From the NCBI GenBank assembly GCA_951406725.2, contig OX597816.1, forward strand, positions 127,906,001 through 127,970,000: a stretch of DNA of 64,000 bases, in the 5' to 3' direction. Position 1 is the first letter of the stretch, and each line of letters opens with the position of its first letter. The stretch comes from Octopus vulgaris (taxonomy: Eukaryota). The notes beneath the pieces are model-generated. The model did no database searches. It saw nothing but the letters and a program-made list of their open reading frames with translations, and was not told where the DNA came from. Shown piece by piece: positions 49,451-62,950 of this stretch. Made by a program: the position numbers and the translations under genes.

Positions 49451-51864
49451 ACCACATCACCTGTTACAATTGCAACTTTAAGTAACTGTTGTTATCGGGA
49501 AATAACTTTATTAATTTATTTGCATTACATCTTTAATATCATTTAACATTTACTTGCTCAATATTATATAATATGGCAAACTAAATATGCTATTGATTAC
49601 TCCATTGTTGTCTTCTCTACATGCACAGATGTGTTCCTAAATAGTTTCTATTTGAAACATGATTTTTCTGTCTTCCACTTCTACAGTAATGTGTGAAGAC
49701 TATGTGCCATCTACCTTAAGTAATAACTTGGAGATATTTTTTATGCTTAATTAAACTGAATGCTCTTTCTTTAATATTATTAAAGAATGGGATCACATGT
49801 AAATCTTCTATGATTCAAAACAGATACTTAAACCTATTCCAACCATTTTTCTGTGAAAATGATTGTAAATAGCTCTTTTAAAGTTCAGGTCTCTGATTCT
49901 CTGTATTGCAATCATTCATACTTGCTATTACATTTGCATCCTCTACATATGTAGAAACTAGAACTTCATCCCAAATGTCTTTGAAAATGATGTTATCTGG
50001 TAGTCTTTGATAATCTGGAAATTTATCATAAAGCTGATTGGGACTAAAACAAGATCAAAAAACATCAACAAAAGGAAAAGAAAAGAAACTTGGGTAAACT
50101 TAACTTTTTAGTAATTAATAAATATATTCCATAGGAATTCACACTTTGGTAGCATTTTAAGAGACTTTGTTACAACATTTATTTAAAAAGCATAAACAGT
50201 TTAGAACACTCATATTTACTCAAATCTGAAATATTGCTTTCATTGTACATTGTGAATTTAGTTTTAATCCCACTGAAGATGTCCTTAAAACACAGATGAT
50301 TTTCTTTGGCTTTTGCATCATCATCTTTCAGACAGAGTATTTAATTTAAATTAGTATCAAATTTCAAAAATATATCAAAGAAGTTCTTAAAAAAGATTGT
50401 ATTTCACTTTCTAGTGGCTTAATCAATGATGAGATTGATGAAAGATAGCAGAGCAGCTTAATGAAATAGCAAATATATCTAAAATAGGATTTGAAAGGGT
50501 TGCTTTGTATGACTTGTTGTAACAGGATATGAAGAAAAGAAAATTGAACTATAATAAAAAGTAGAAAAACTTAAAGAATAGCCTTTTCCAGACCTGACCA
50601 CTTTCTTAACACATTTCTCAAAATTTCTCAGTGTCTCAAAAACAATAAATCCTTTCTAGCTGTCCTTTCCATGTTTGTATTGCTATCAAATAAGTAAAAC
50701 AAGTCAATGCAAAAGTCTTCTAGACTGAAACAGCATACTTCCTAAAATTGAGCTGAAGCTAAAGAAGCAGAACTATGTACCAGAGGACATCAAAATGTGA
50801 TTGGATATACCTTCAAAACAATGCCTTTTTTTTAAAACCTACTTCAAACTAAGCAGAAAAACTGAATTAAAGGTTATATAATATTATGAATATAATATTT
50901 GTAATAATAAATTTTATGAACGAAAGATTTAATAAAAATTTAATAAAAGTATTGTACACATGGGAGAATGTTTAAAATGCAGTAATTTTTATTGAAATGT
51001 GTAAATGTGTGAAGTGATGCCAAAACCAGAAGTCCTTACATAAATTAGGAAGGTAGACAAGCCTGATATTTGGGTGATGATGTTTTAGAGAAAGTGTTAT
51101 CTGTATATGTTGCAGTTTACTAAAACATTTTGTATTGATACATAAATCTCAGCTGTTGTTTTCATTTCATTATAATTTCTTGTGGTTTCATCCCCAAATT
51201 CTGTGTTATATTATCATTGCAATATGATTATAGCAAACTTCATCTCTTCCCTTTCACCAGTCTCAGTTATTCTACAAAGGATTATAGTTGCTACCCATCC
51301 TCCTGACTAACTGATAAAAAGAAGTTTAATTTTTTTTTTTAAAGACTCTACCTGAAAGATCAGAACTCACTTTTGTCTGTTTATATATTTATATATCTTA
51401 TTCTTTGTTCTTTGCTGGCATAGACTAGTGTTAGTTTCTTTGGTCTCTAATTGTTGTATTTAAAAAAAAAATTTGTAAGTCATTCTACAGTTAAATGGCC
51501 TTTTCTTCTATAAGCTTTCATTCAACTAAAGGACAATCTATTTTTATAGTGTTAATTACTACATTAGTATTTCATAATAAAGACCAAAATTATTATTTAT
51601 GTCAGTCTATTTCATCCTCAAATTATCAAATGACTATTCTTTGACTCATTAACACCATATTTTCTAAAATTAGTCCAAATATTTTAGGACTATTATTATC
51701 ACCAGACAGTTATGACTATTTTAATCATGAGGCACTAATTTCTCCAGCACCACTAAAACCTTTAATTAGCAAAATATACATCTGACTATCAACCTTTTAA
51801 ATTGTTCTAAATATCAACTTCAGAATATGTCATTATTATCATCTCAAGTTTTCCATGCTGTTGT

Positions 51865-51897
51865 GTTTGTATGTGCATGTGTAAATGTATATAAAGT

Positions 51898-51974
<77 letters not shown>

Positions 51975-52151
51975 ATGTATGTATATGAATATGTGTATGT
52001 GTATTAATATATATACATATATACATATGCATATATATGTTTCATTTGGGGATTTGGTTTGCAGGTTTCTTTATGTGAGTTAATGTGTTTTACCGGTGAA
52101 TGTGTTAAATTATATGGCACAAAAAGAAAGTGACTCTCTCCAGACACAACA

Positions 52152-52213
<62 letters not shown>

Positions 52214-52230
52214 GTATATATACATATATA
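51865..52230. repeat. (GT)n/(TA)n microsatellite blocks
   Basis: Directly visible. Confidence 0.9.
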
Positions 52231-53849
52231 TCACCCAGTGTAGTTAGTATGACAGAATGGTCAATGCCAAATTTTAAGTTAATGGCACTATAGATCCCAT
52301 CTAAAAGAAATATATAAGCTCATACTTGATTTCACTTATCTGAATAGTGCATAAATTTTAAATCCCTCTCTCACACACTCTCTCATCTCCCCATATGTGA
52401 ACAGTGTATGTAATGCGAAATGTAAACTGAAATAAAATCCAGTGTCTAAATTCAAAAACCAACTCTGAAAATAAGCCTATTTTGCTGCTTCAGCAATTCA
52501 CGGTGAACAATGAAATCCTTATGGTTGATTCTTCTTGTTAGATTAATGACTTCATTATACGGTTTGGTAGTTCTACTGCTGTATTGAAATGAGTTGCTAC
52601 TTATACCAATTAGGCTATATATTCTTATGTTTTACAGGGCACACTGCTACATTATTTTGCATTAGTAGTTCTATGCTAACAAAGTGTGACTTGTAAATGT
52701 GTAAGGTTTGAATCACTTCATTTAAAAACAATGTTACACTATTCAAGTGAGGTGATTCAAATCCATGTAATCTACAGGTTAAGTTTGCTGTTGTCAGCAC
52801 ATTACTTGTTTTAGTAGAAAGAGCAACAATATCTTCTTAAATCAAATCCTATTGTGTATGCAAAAACGAAACACTGTCATCCAGAATACACTGTTTTGGT
52901 GGTTGGGAGATGGTTACAGGATGTGTGTTTCTTATCATATATCACCTAGGTCAGAGCTGACTTTGAGGCTACACAGCAACAGTGTTCTTGGTTGATTTAA
53001 TGTGCCTTGTAAAAATCTCAGTTCATGAGCTGTTTGTGATTGAGAAGGGTATTAAAATGGTTTAGTCTACACTTCATTGGTTATCTGTTTCTGTTCATCA
53101 GAGTCAACAAAGAAAAAAAAATGAAAAACTGTTGTTTTCAGAGACAACGATAAAAAAAAATGTTTGATGGTTTATAATAAATAGCAGAATCTCATATAAT
53201 GTCAGACAAATTTTGATGTACATTCAGAAATTCCTCCGGGTCCCTGAAAATAATTCTTTCAACAAGTAGCAAAGAGTATAAAATTTGTTTAAATGCATAT
53301 GTTTTTGAATGTTACAAAGCAGGAAGGACTTGTTTCCAATCATTCTTTATTAATATTTCATATTAAAATAGAAAAGACAAAATGGCATGATAATTAAATG
53401 GCAGTATTTTTATTAACCATTCTATTTATATTATCCAAGATTCTATTTATAAATAGAATCAATCACTTGGTTTTTGTATCCAATCATAGCTTGCATGGTT
53501 GTTTAGCCCTATTGATTTATATTTTGGGTAAGATGAAAAGCTGTGACATTCATATCTTTCTCAAAGGCAAAATGAAGTGAAATAGCAATAGCTGTGAATC
53601 GAACCTAGCAAGACCTTCTACTGTATAATGCATACTTAATTTTTTTTTTTATAGTTTGTAATATAAAATTGCAAAAATGTATAAAGAAATTTTTAAAAAT
53701 CTTGTAGTATTATTGTTCCTTTAATGCATGCTTTCAGTGATTAAAAAGTATACAGCAATTATAATACACAATCAAATATCCTATAATGTTCCTTTGCAGT
53801 ATGTTTGATCAAATCATCCATCCTCTTATTAAATGATTGTATCTTTTAC

Positions 53850-54130
53850 ACAAAAGCATCTTTCTCTCATGCTTCATAAAATATTGCTCCTTTTCTCCCC
53901 TATATCATAAAGCCTGCTTCTGACTCATTATTCTATTGTTATCAGCATCTCTAAGGTCAATGAAAAGATAAAAGGAACCTGTTATCTTTGAACTTATACC
54001 TCCTATTTTGAAATTGCCAGTGACTTCTGCTCGAGAGGATTATTGGTGTTTTCTACTCAATGCCTTTCAAAGCAGTCAATTTCTACTGAATCACACTTCA
54101 TAATAATCTTTTAATGTCTAAAAGAACATA
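53850..54130 (+). mobile_element. Very decayed CR1-like RT fragment
   Basis: SIVISISKVNEKI resembles (P)ISLLSxxSKVxEKI. C/T-rich sequence at ~55020-55290 may be a downstream piece. Confidence 0.3.
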
Positions 54131-54588
54131 ATCTATTCAAACATTCTAAATGTGATCTCTCTTTATCCATTTTAGTTGTTGCATTTTTTTCCCTCATACA
54201 TAAGTACATGTACACACAGGCACATACATGTACATCCACAGTTGAAAGGCACTTGAAATATTGCACATTGTGCAATAATTAATTTCCAGTATTATCTTTA
54301 TAACTGAATATTAATCATTAATTTTGACCTTTTAAAATATTCTTTGAACAGAAAGTTAGTTTCAGTGAGTTGAATTGAAAAAGTGATTCATGGTCAGAGA
54401 GAATTTCACTTGCACTTTGGAAGAACACGGACATCACAAATGTTCCAGCATTAATAGGACTAAATACTCATTGACTGATGCAACTGCTTGATTGAGATGC
54501 ACAAAATATTTATGAGTGATTGAGTGAAGATGAATAGACTGCCTGCTCAGACGTCATGTATTTATGCTTGCAGTAATTGTTTGCTTGT

Positions 54589-54647
54589 GGACATTTATTA
54601 TATATATCAGGACATTTATTTTATTATATATATCAGGACATTTATTT
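54589..54647. repeat. Minisatellite, ~2.5 x GGACATTTATT(TTATT)ATATATATCA
   Basis: Directly visible. Confidence 0.8.
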
Positions 54648-57600
54648 CCTATGTGTCTTATTTCCTTTATTCGTGGTGAGTAGGATTTTTATAGATATAC
54701 CTGTAATATACTGGAAGTTTCTCCAGTGGAAGATTTATATCTCATCTATTAAACATGACTGAATTAAGAATAAAGGCAGCAAAAGTGCTGCCTTTGTGAT
54801 CTCCTGCAGCTTTTGAGAGACATTTATCATTAATATGCATTTAATCTGAAAAATGTGCAAATCAGTCTCAGCATAACATCTAAAGTTATCCTAATTTGAA
54901 TAATTTTCTGCTCTATTGCTATTTAAGCATGACAAATATGAAATTTATTGTCATTAATAAAACCAGTATCATATTATCCGTAATCCTTTTGCACTCTACT
55001 ATCATTTAAAAGCTTTATTGCACCATTTCAATAATCTCTTTTGACAATCCTAAAATCTCAAGACCATGACCTTACTATGCACAAGATTTACTTTCTTCGG
55101 AAGAATTTACAGATATCACAACTTGATTCAAGATCACTGATGATGTTCAATCACTAATATTTGCTTCTTAACACAAACATTGCTTTCTATATCACACTAT
55201 CACCTTCTATTGATGGGCAATCATGTTTCTCTCCCACATTCCCACTCAGACATTTTCTATCATCTCTCAACTTCTAATTGACTTATACAATCTTCTTGCT
55301 TTTACATTATTTATAAATTTTCATTTTTTTAAAAAAAACTTTTAAATCAATACAATGAATATATATTTTAAATATTTTTGGCAGATATATAATTTTTAAA
55401 GTAGATATTTGAAAGTATATTCTATGACTTATTATTTCAATAACAAAAGAAAAACATCATTTATACATCATACAGAAACTTTCATGTATTCTTTTCTACA
55501 GGTAATATTTTTTAGAATATCCTACTTTGAGTTGTTAAATTTATTATTTTATAAGAACACATAATTAAGAAGAGGATGTGACATTAGCTGCTGCTACTGC
55601 TCTTCCTCCTCCTAGTTGTAGCTGTTGTTCCAAAGTCTTTCAAATCATCAATGTTAATTAATAAATTAGATTCTACATTTCTTCCTATCTAAATCCTTTC
55701 TTACCTAATCTCCAGTCAACACTGTATTGACATTTAAGGTAAAGTTTTAAATATGACCTATCTCTGCCAATTGTCGACTTAAAATGTCATAGGAAGTTGT
55801 AGCCTATTGTTTACTAATGAGACTGTTTCTCTTTCCTTTGCTTCATTAGTAATATATACATTGTTACTAATTATAAGTTTTAAAATAGCTATAAAGATAT
55901 TTTTGAAGATCATTACATTCTAAAATCAGATTGAATGGAGCAGATCTATTTTCTAATATATGTTGCAGTTAATATATTTAATATTAATACTTGATATTTT
56001 ATAAGCACAAAACTCAAGAAATTAAATATCTGAGTCTTCAATAATCTATTTTGCTTTAGAATTAATTTTGTAGCAAAATACTTGTATAAAATGAAGTTGA
56101 AGATTTACTTACCAATACTTGGAAAACAATAATGATTACTATCTGAAAATGATAATTTTAGACAACATTTGTACATCTACATCATATTCTCTTCATCTAT
56201 AATGTTGTGTTTCTTGGTGATAATTCTTTTCTTTTTTTTTTTTAATTCTCTTATATTGAAATATATTTCAAGAAATACTTCATTTTAAGGCTTCACAGGA
56301 AATATAACCAGGCTCCTAGGTAATAGAAAAAGAAAATTAATGTTTATTACGATATCATTTATTGGTTTCACAGATGCATCTTTGAAAAGATAAAGTCTTT
56401 TTGATCTGATAGAAATTCTGATAATAAGAAATAATGAATTTAGCATGAAGTAAAAGAACGTATGTAGATAAATGAATATATAAGATCTTAAAGATTGCAT
56501 TTGAATAGACCTTATTAAAAATATATTCAGTTTGTTGATGGAACGGATATGCATTTCAGCCTACCATATTGCCATCTTTTATTCAATTATACACTACTAC
56601 AGAAATTTTCAGCTTTTCATATTACTTTTTTATTTTCAATAAATTTGATTAGACTTATCTTGTCGGACTTAGCCTAGCATAACCAATCTTTTCATATTGC
56701 TGGTGCTGAATCTGAAAACCTCATTTGCTTTTCCAGTTCAAAAAGCTGCTTTAGTGCTAGTAGTTTCCAATGATTAAGGTGATATCATCGTTTACCATTA
56801 AAAATTCCTACCCTAATGTATTATAAGCTGTACTCTAAAGAATACAACAGTACACTTCCTTTACCATCAGATATTTACATTTCTGTCTTGTTTTAATGGT
56901 TTCGTTTCATATACTAATGACTTACATAGATTTTCCATCTTTTGTCATATTATTTGGTTATGTTAGATCTCATAGACCAGCCTCATTTGAAGTCTCACTC
57001 AACTTGTTTGACTAACAAACCAATGTGTCCTGCAGTATTTATGTACAAACACGCATATTATATATTATTATTATTATTATTATTACAAATAAAAAATATT
57101 TTACAAACAACATGCTTTGCTAGTTATTTGTAATAAACAATTAGGAACTCATCCAAACACTTAGAAATTCATCTTTTATCAGTATCTCCCAAACATAACT
57201 TTAAATCATCTTTTTCTTTTCTTTTTTTTACTAAATAGAAGTATGCATGTGGTAGGGATGCACACAGTGTGGAAGTACATTAGCTAATACTTTCCTTTTA
57301 AGAAAAATGGAAGTGCTAAGATTTGTGCAGTTAATAGTGTGAAACATCGTAGAAGTAAATGTGGATAAATATACCTTGAAAATGAGTTTAAGATTCAAAG
57401 AAATAGGTGAAACTGTAGATGATAAATAGATTCTTAAATGTTATTACTTTTATTATTTTTTTATGACTAGTTATTTATGTATGTTCTCACTTAGCATATA
57501 AATGAAATCATTAACTTTTAAATGTTTTCCTAATTAAATTACTGGCAGCTCACTGTGCCCTTCTCTCTTTGATATCCATAAATGATCAATACATCAATTG

Positions 57601-57708
57601 GACATTAAAGTCTATCTAAGTTTGTTTTTATTGATGCTTTAATTTTTCTTTTCTGCTTTCTGTATATATTTACAATATATTTAAGTGGGAATTTTATTTA
57701 TATATATA

Positions 57709-57881
57709 TAAAGTAAATGGTATTTGCCAACATAATGTGGCTGTCCTGAAAGGGATGATATTACTAGCTGGCTATACAACACACTATCTGTGTCCTTATA
57801 TTTTCATACAGGGGCTAAAGCAACAGTAGCATCATCCCTTTCAGGACAGCCACATTATGTTGGCGAATAGCATTTACTTTA
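57709..57881. repeat. Fold-back element, 57-bp arms, 59-nt spacer
   Basis: 57709-57765 versus the reverse complement of 57825-57881 shows 4 mismatches by eye; it starts in a TA run. Confidence 0.9.
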
Positions 57882-58539
57882 AAGAACTGTCACTGAATGT
57901 TTCTCTTTGAGAGATTTAGAAATAATAATAATAATAATATATATATATATTTATATATAAAGTTACCTTAAAATTTTAACCAAGAAAAAACTCATTACAT
58001 AAAGTAAAATTAAACATTTATTTTTTAAAAAATGATGACAGTAACTTCAAAGTTGCACCAAAACTGGCTCCTCAGACTGTATTGAAATAAACAAGATTAA
58101 TCACTTTTAAATGTTAGGTATGTGCCAGTGTAGTGCGTTAGTTAAAAGGTTGTTGCAAAGTAAAGGCTAGAAATAGAAAAAAACAATTCTGGAATAGTGG
58201 AGATTAAACTGAGATTACCATCGATAAAGAATGGAAGAGAAGAAATACAATTACATGGAAGAAATGTAGGAGATGGTGGAAGTTGTGTGCGAGCTGGGAT
58301 AACAAGGGCATTCCAAAGATTTGTGATTATGCAAGTTATTTTGAAAGTTAAAAATGGAAAATAAAGTAAATAAAAGTCAAGACCCAGAATATTTAAAGGT
58401 TCCTGAAAATTTTAGCAATAGTTGGTAACAGAGGATTTTAAGCTAAAGTAAACTTTAGTGTAGAGTAAAATCAGCTGTTTTTGTATGGAATCTACAGAAA
58501 GTTTACATATATATTTAAAATAATGCTATGATAGTGACA

Positions 58540-59285
58540 TGAAAAATTTACTTCTCAACCTCGTGGTTTCAGGTTCAGTCCCGTTAAATATATCTTCTGT
58601 TATAACCTTGGGCCTACCAAAGCCTTGTGAGAGGAAACTAAAAGAAGCTCATAATATATTTATGTAGGCATGTTTGTATTTGTCCCCTCCCTCAATTGAC
58701 AACCAGTGATGGTTTGTTTACACCCTTGTAACTTGGTGAGTTTGGAAAAAGAATCAATAGAATAAGTACCAGACTTTAAAGATATGTCTTGGAATTGATT
58801 TATTTGAAACACCTAATGAGCTGGCTGAATCATTAACACACCTGGCAAAGTGTTTAACAGTATTTTGTTTGTCTTTATATTCTGAGTTCAAATTCCACCA
58901 AGGTCAACTTTGCCTTTCATCCTTTTGAGGTTAATGAAATAAGTAGCATTTACCCTCTGGTGTCAATGTAATCAACTTATCCCCTCCCCCAATGTATCAG
59001 GTCTTGTGTCTATAGTAGAAAGTATGATTATTATTATTATCATTATCTAGTTTATTATTATTATTTATGTGATGAGCTGGCACAATCATTAGCACATCAG
59101 GCAAGATGCTTTGTGGCATGTCTTCTGGTTTTACATTTTGAGTTCAAATTCTACCAAAGTTAGCTTTGCCTTTCTTTCAGGTAAGATGAAATAAATACCA
59201 GTTGAGCACTTGGGTTTACATAATCAACTGTTCTCCTCCCCTAAATTTCAAACCTTGTGCCTATAATATAAAAAAATTATTATTA
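58540..59285 (+). mobile_element. Cluster of three SINEs (one family B, two family A) with (TAT)n spacers
   Basis: GGTTCAGTCCC head at ~58570; GAGCTGGC...GAGTTCAAATTC...CTTTGCCTTTC at ~58815-59025 and ~59070-59270. Confidence 0.8.
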
Positions 59286-59289
59286 TAGT

Positions 59290-60464
59290 ATACAATGTCA
59301 TGAGGTTTGTACTGTTTGTCAAGTCACAAGGAACTCAAACAGACAGTACTTTATGCAATATGCATGCAGTTCCAAGTAATGCCAACTTTTGCAATACATC
59401 TAGATTGTAGTGTATTTCTAAGGTTTTCAGATGTTTTTACAGATTGGGCGGTATTGAACCCAATGCTCCAACGACAATAGGGATAACCTTTATATTCAAC
59501 TCTCATAGCCACATCTTAGCGATCTCAATTCTCAGGTCTCCATATTTATCAACTTTTTCTCATTCTTTCATGATGATGTGTTGATCTCCTGGCACTGCTA
59601 CGTCAATTATTAGGCACTCTTGTTTGTCTCTCCTGAAAGTTATTATATCCAGTGCTCTAACATGTTTGTCTATCTGGAAATCAAAGTCCCAGAGGATTTT
59701 TGCCTTTCCTTCATTACCTTTTCCAGTGTATGTTGGTACCAAGCGCCTGTAACCTCATATCAATAGTTACATCATAGTAGCCAGTGGAGGTTTTGGGTTA
59801 CTTTGTTGTGTCTATGCTTGTACTCTTTCTGTGCAAGACTTTCACAAGCACTAACAATGAGTCACACTTTCGACCCTCTTCCCACACATTCTGCAGATGT
59901 CTGTTGCACTTGTGTGGTATATATTCTTTTTCACTGAGTTGGTATTCAATGCCTGGTCCTGGGCTGCAATGATTAGGCTTTCAGTATTCTTTTTTTGGTA
60001 GTCCTTCTTAAACCACCTGTTGATGCACTCCCATACGCTAATCAGCCCACGTCCACCCTTACCTCACTTCATGTAGAGCTTGTGTACAGTTGTCTTAGGG
60101 TGGAGGGCACCATGCATTGCCATTGTCTTTCAGGTAGTGCAATCAAGTTGGTCAATCTCCACTTGTGTACATCTCAAGATAGGTGTACTATAGTGGACTA
60201 CAGCACCAGCCCACATGTTGATGGCAGTCACAAGGTTCCTCAAGTAGAGCTTTGATTTGAGGCATTTGAAATATGCAGTGGTGACGTTGTCTTTCATTTC
60301 TCTGTGCAAGATATTGTCCAGCTCCAGGACCCCAAGTGTACCTGTCATCATCATCTGGGTCTTCCATTCTCACTCTATTTGGCAATTCTATGCCCCTACA
60401 ATTTACTCTTTTCCCCTGCTTCAAAGTAAGCACCACACACTTCGAGATACCAAATTCCATCCCT
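59290..60464 (-). mobile_element. 5'-truncated R4/Dong-like LINE (RT end, CCHC finger, RLE domain) in TAA repeats
   Basis: GMEFGISKC, LGVLELDNI, NLVTAINMWA, CRMCGKRVESVTH.VSAC..LAQKEYKHRHNKV, KILWDF, CLIIDVAVPGD, KYGDL and IPIVVGALG; stop at 59335-59337; frameshifted. Confidence 0.9.
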
Positions 60465-60504
60465 AATTATTATTTTTTTATTATTATTATTATTATTAAA
60501 GCTA

Positions 60505-60790
60505 TTACATGCTACTTTCGTTAAGAGGGGTGAAATTTGGTGACAATAAGTCGCCTCAAATCTCAAGAATCTCCCTTAGGATTCTTGCAAAATACAGCAT
60601 TGCACTTCTCTCCCAGTCTACAATGCAGTTCTCAATTCCAATATCTTTCAGCATTTTAAGGAGCAGATTGGATGTTGTGCCAAATGCACCAATTACCACA
60701 GGCCAATTGTCACTATCATCTTCCACAATCCCTTTGTCGCTCTTTCTATGTCTTGATATTTTTTAATATGTTCAGCTCCTTTGGTATCCA
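60505..60790 (-). mobile_element. Second R4/Dong-like 3'-end fragment (different subfamily)
   Basis: The minus strand gives KYQDI...LWKM...PVVIGAFG...ARILREILEI*, ending at the (TAT)n array. Confidence 0.75.
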
Positions 60791-61394
60791 CTCTGTTGTT
60801 CTGTGGAGAATAGATAGGTCAGGATGTTTAACCAACAATATTTATGCCTTTAGAAGAGTGTGCTTTGTAACATAGGACTAATAGATTTGTTGCCCTTTTT
60901 ACTGTTTTCCAATCATTGTTCTATACTAGCATAATTGGATTTGAATTTTCATGGAATCATTATCTTAAAATCACAATTATAACTTCTCAATCAGCATTCA
61001 ATTTTGCTGAAAATGTTTTGGTGAAATGTTAACAAGAAGTAGGAACCATACAAGTGGAACACTAACACTTTTAATTTTATAAAAGGTAGAATTGAAGTAA
61101 TATAACATTCTTGTTGTTTGTGGGGGTGTTTTTTGAAGACTTTCAACAGCTGAAGTGGGCAGTCTTCAAATGGCTTGTGAGGTCAGCTCACCACATTATT
61201 TTTGTCTCTTGCTTTTAGGTGTTTGTCACTTTTTATGAACTAATTTTCAAGTTCAGAATATTGTCACTTGCATTAAAAAAAAAAAAGCTTGCTTTAAATT
61301 AAATTTGTGTAAATTAAAATCTTTTTTTCAAAATCATGAATGAGGAAGCAGCCTATAAGTTATTTCAGAAAATCTTCTCTAAATGTATTATGGC

Positions 61395-61405
61395 TATATG
61401 TGTGG

Positions 61406-61473
<68 letters not shown>

Positions 61474-61506
61474 GTATGTATAGATAGATAGATAGATATA
61501 GATATA
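61395..61506. repeat. (TA)n/(GATA)n microsatellite
   Basis: Directly visible. Confidence 0.95.
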
Positions 61507-62564
61507 ATCACTTGTAATACTTAAAAAAAAAATCAATATCAATATTTGGATTCATCCACTAAAGATTGCAGGCTTTCTTCTAGAGCAGTTAACTACTGTG
61601 TTGACCTTTTAGTTGATACTGCATGATCTTCTCCAGTTTACTTCCAAGATAACTTCACTATTTATCAGTTTTCTTTTCGTTTTATGCTATCCAGAATTAC
61701 TGCACATGTTTAAGCTGACTAGATTCTAAATTCTATAGGAAAGACAAGTACTTCCTGATATTTTCTTTTTTGTGTTCAGCGTTATTGCACTGATTAATCT
61801 ACAGCATACTCCTAAACGTGATTCTTTTTTCCACTGTAAGGGCTCACATAAATAGAAATTTTTGTTTTGTTTTTATTTATATGCTCCATCACATCAAAAT
61901 AGATAAGTGCATAATATTTACTAAAGATTGGTTTTATTGATCTTGCAGTAGCAGTAATGTTATAGTTCATATAATGTAAAAACAGTACAGCAGGCAAGAA
62001 TTTGAATTGGTTGAAAAAGGGACTGGCTTAGCAAAGCACAATGATCAGCTATTTTCAATGAATAAAAATGGTAGTAATCCAATTATAGATATATTATTGC
62101 ATCAGAATTCTGATCATAGTTTTGCAGTGAGAACCCTGAATGTAACTGTAAAAATAAATAAAGAAAGAAGAACTGAAATTTTATTAGGTATTATTTATTG
62201 TTGCTGTTACTTAAGCTTTGAAACCTAGCACTTTCATTCGTTGCTATCATCAGCATCACCATCATATTTCATGTTCATTTTTCAACACTGGCCCGGGTTG
62301 TGTATATTTGCAAAATATTCTTGCAAAATAGCTGCCTTTCACAAGGATCAATCTCAAATGCTTGCAACCCTTTCATGTTCTGATGCTCACTTTTTCAATA
62401 TATTTTTCATGTTTTGAACTGCTATTTTTCAAAATAAAAACTATAATCAGCCATTAAAACCATTGTAGACACAAATTTAGTTACCCAAAATGTACTTCAC
62501 CAAAGAATTTGACATTGCTACGCGAATAAATATTTACACAAGAATTTTCAAAGATTTAAATCAG

Positions 62565-62950
62565 GTGCAGGTATGGCTTTGTGTTTAAAATGTTGCTTCC
62601 TTCTAATCATGTGGTTTTAGATTCAATCCCAATGCATTACACCTTCGGCAAGAGTCTTCTAATAGAATCAACCAATACATACATGTATATATATCTGTAT
62701 ATATTTATATGTATGTGTGAGTTAGTGTCACTATTTGACATCATGCCATAGATGTAAATGAGTGCAACTATTATACAAATGGCATCATTTGTTTCCTGTC
62801 TTCTATGAAAATATGTCCTGTCATGGGTAAATGTTACCTTGTATGGAAACAAGGGTTGGTGACAGGAAGGGCATCTGGCCTCAACAAATTCCCTCTGACT
62901 CATGCAAGCATGGAAAAGTGGACATTAAAACAGTGATGGTGATGATGACT
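62565..62950 (+). mobile_element. Family-B SINE with RTE-like 3' tail
   Basis: tRNA-like head followed by GGTTGGTGACAGGAAGGGCATC...CATGCAAGCATGGAAAAGTGGACATTAAA-(GAT)-like tail. Confidence 0.7.

Noticed and set aside
50450-50830. Possible Tc1/mariner relic (PFPDLT)
   Set aside because: Single weak motif and no TIRs found.
59161-59186. TTTCTTTCAG|GTAAGA recursive-site look-alike
   Set aside because: It lies inside a SINE core and is likely a chance mutation product.
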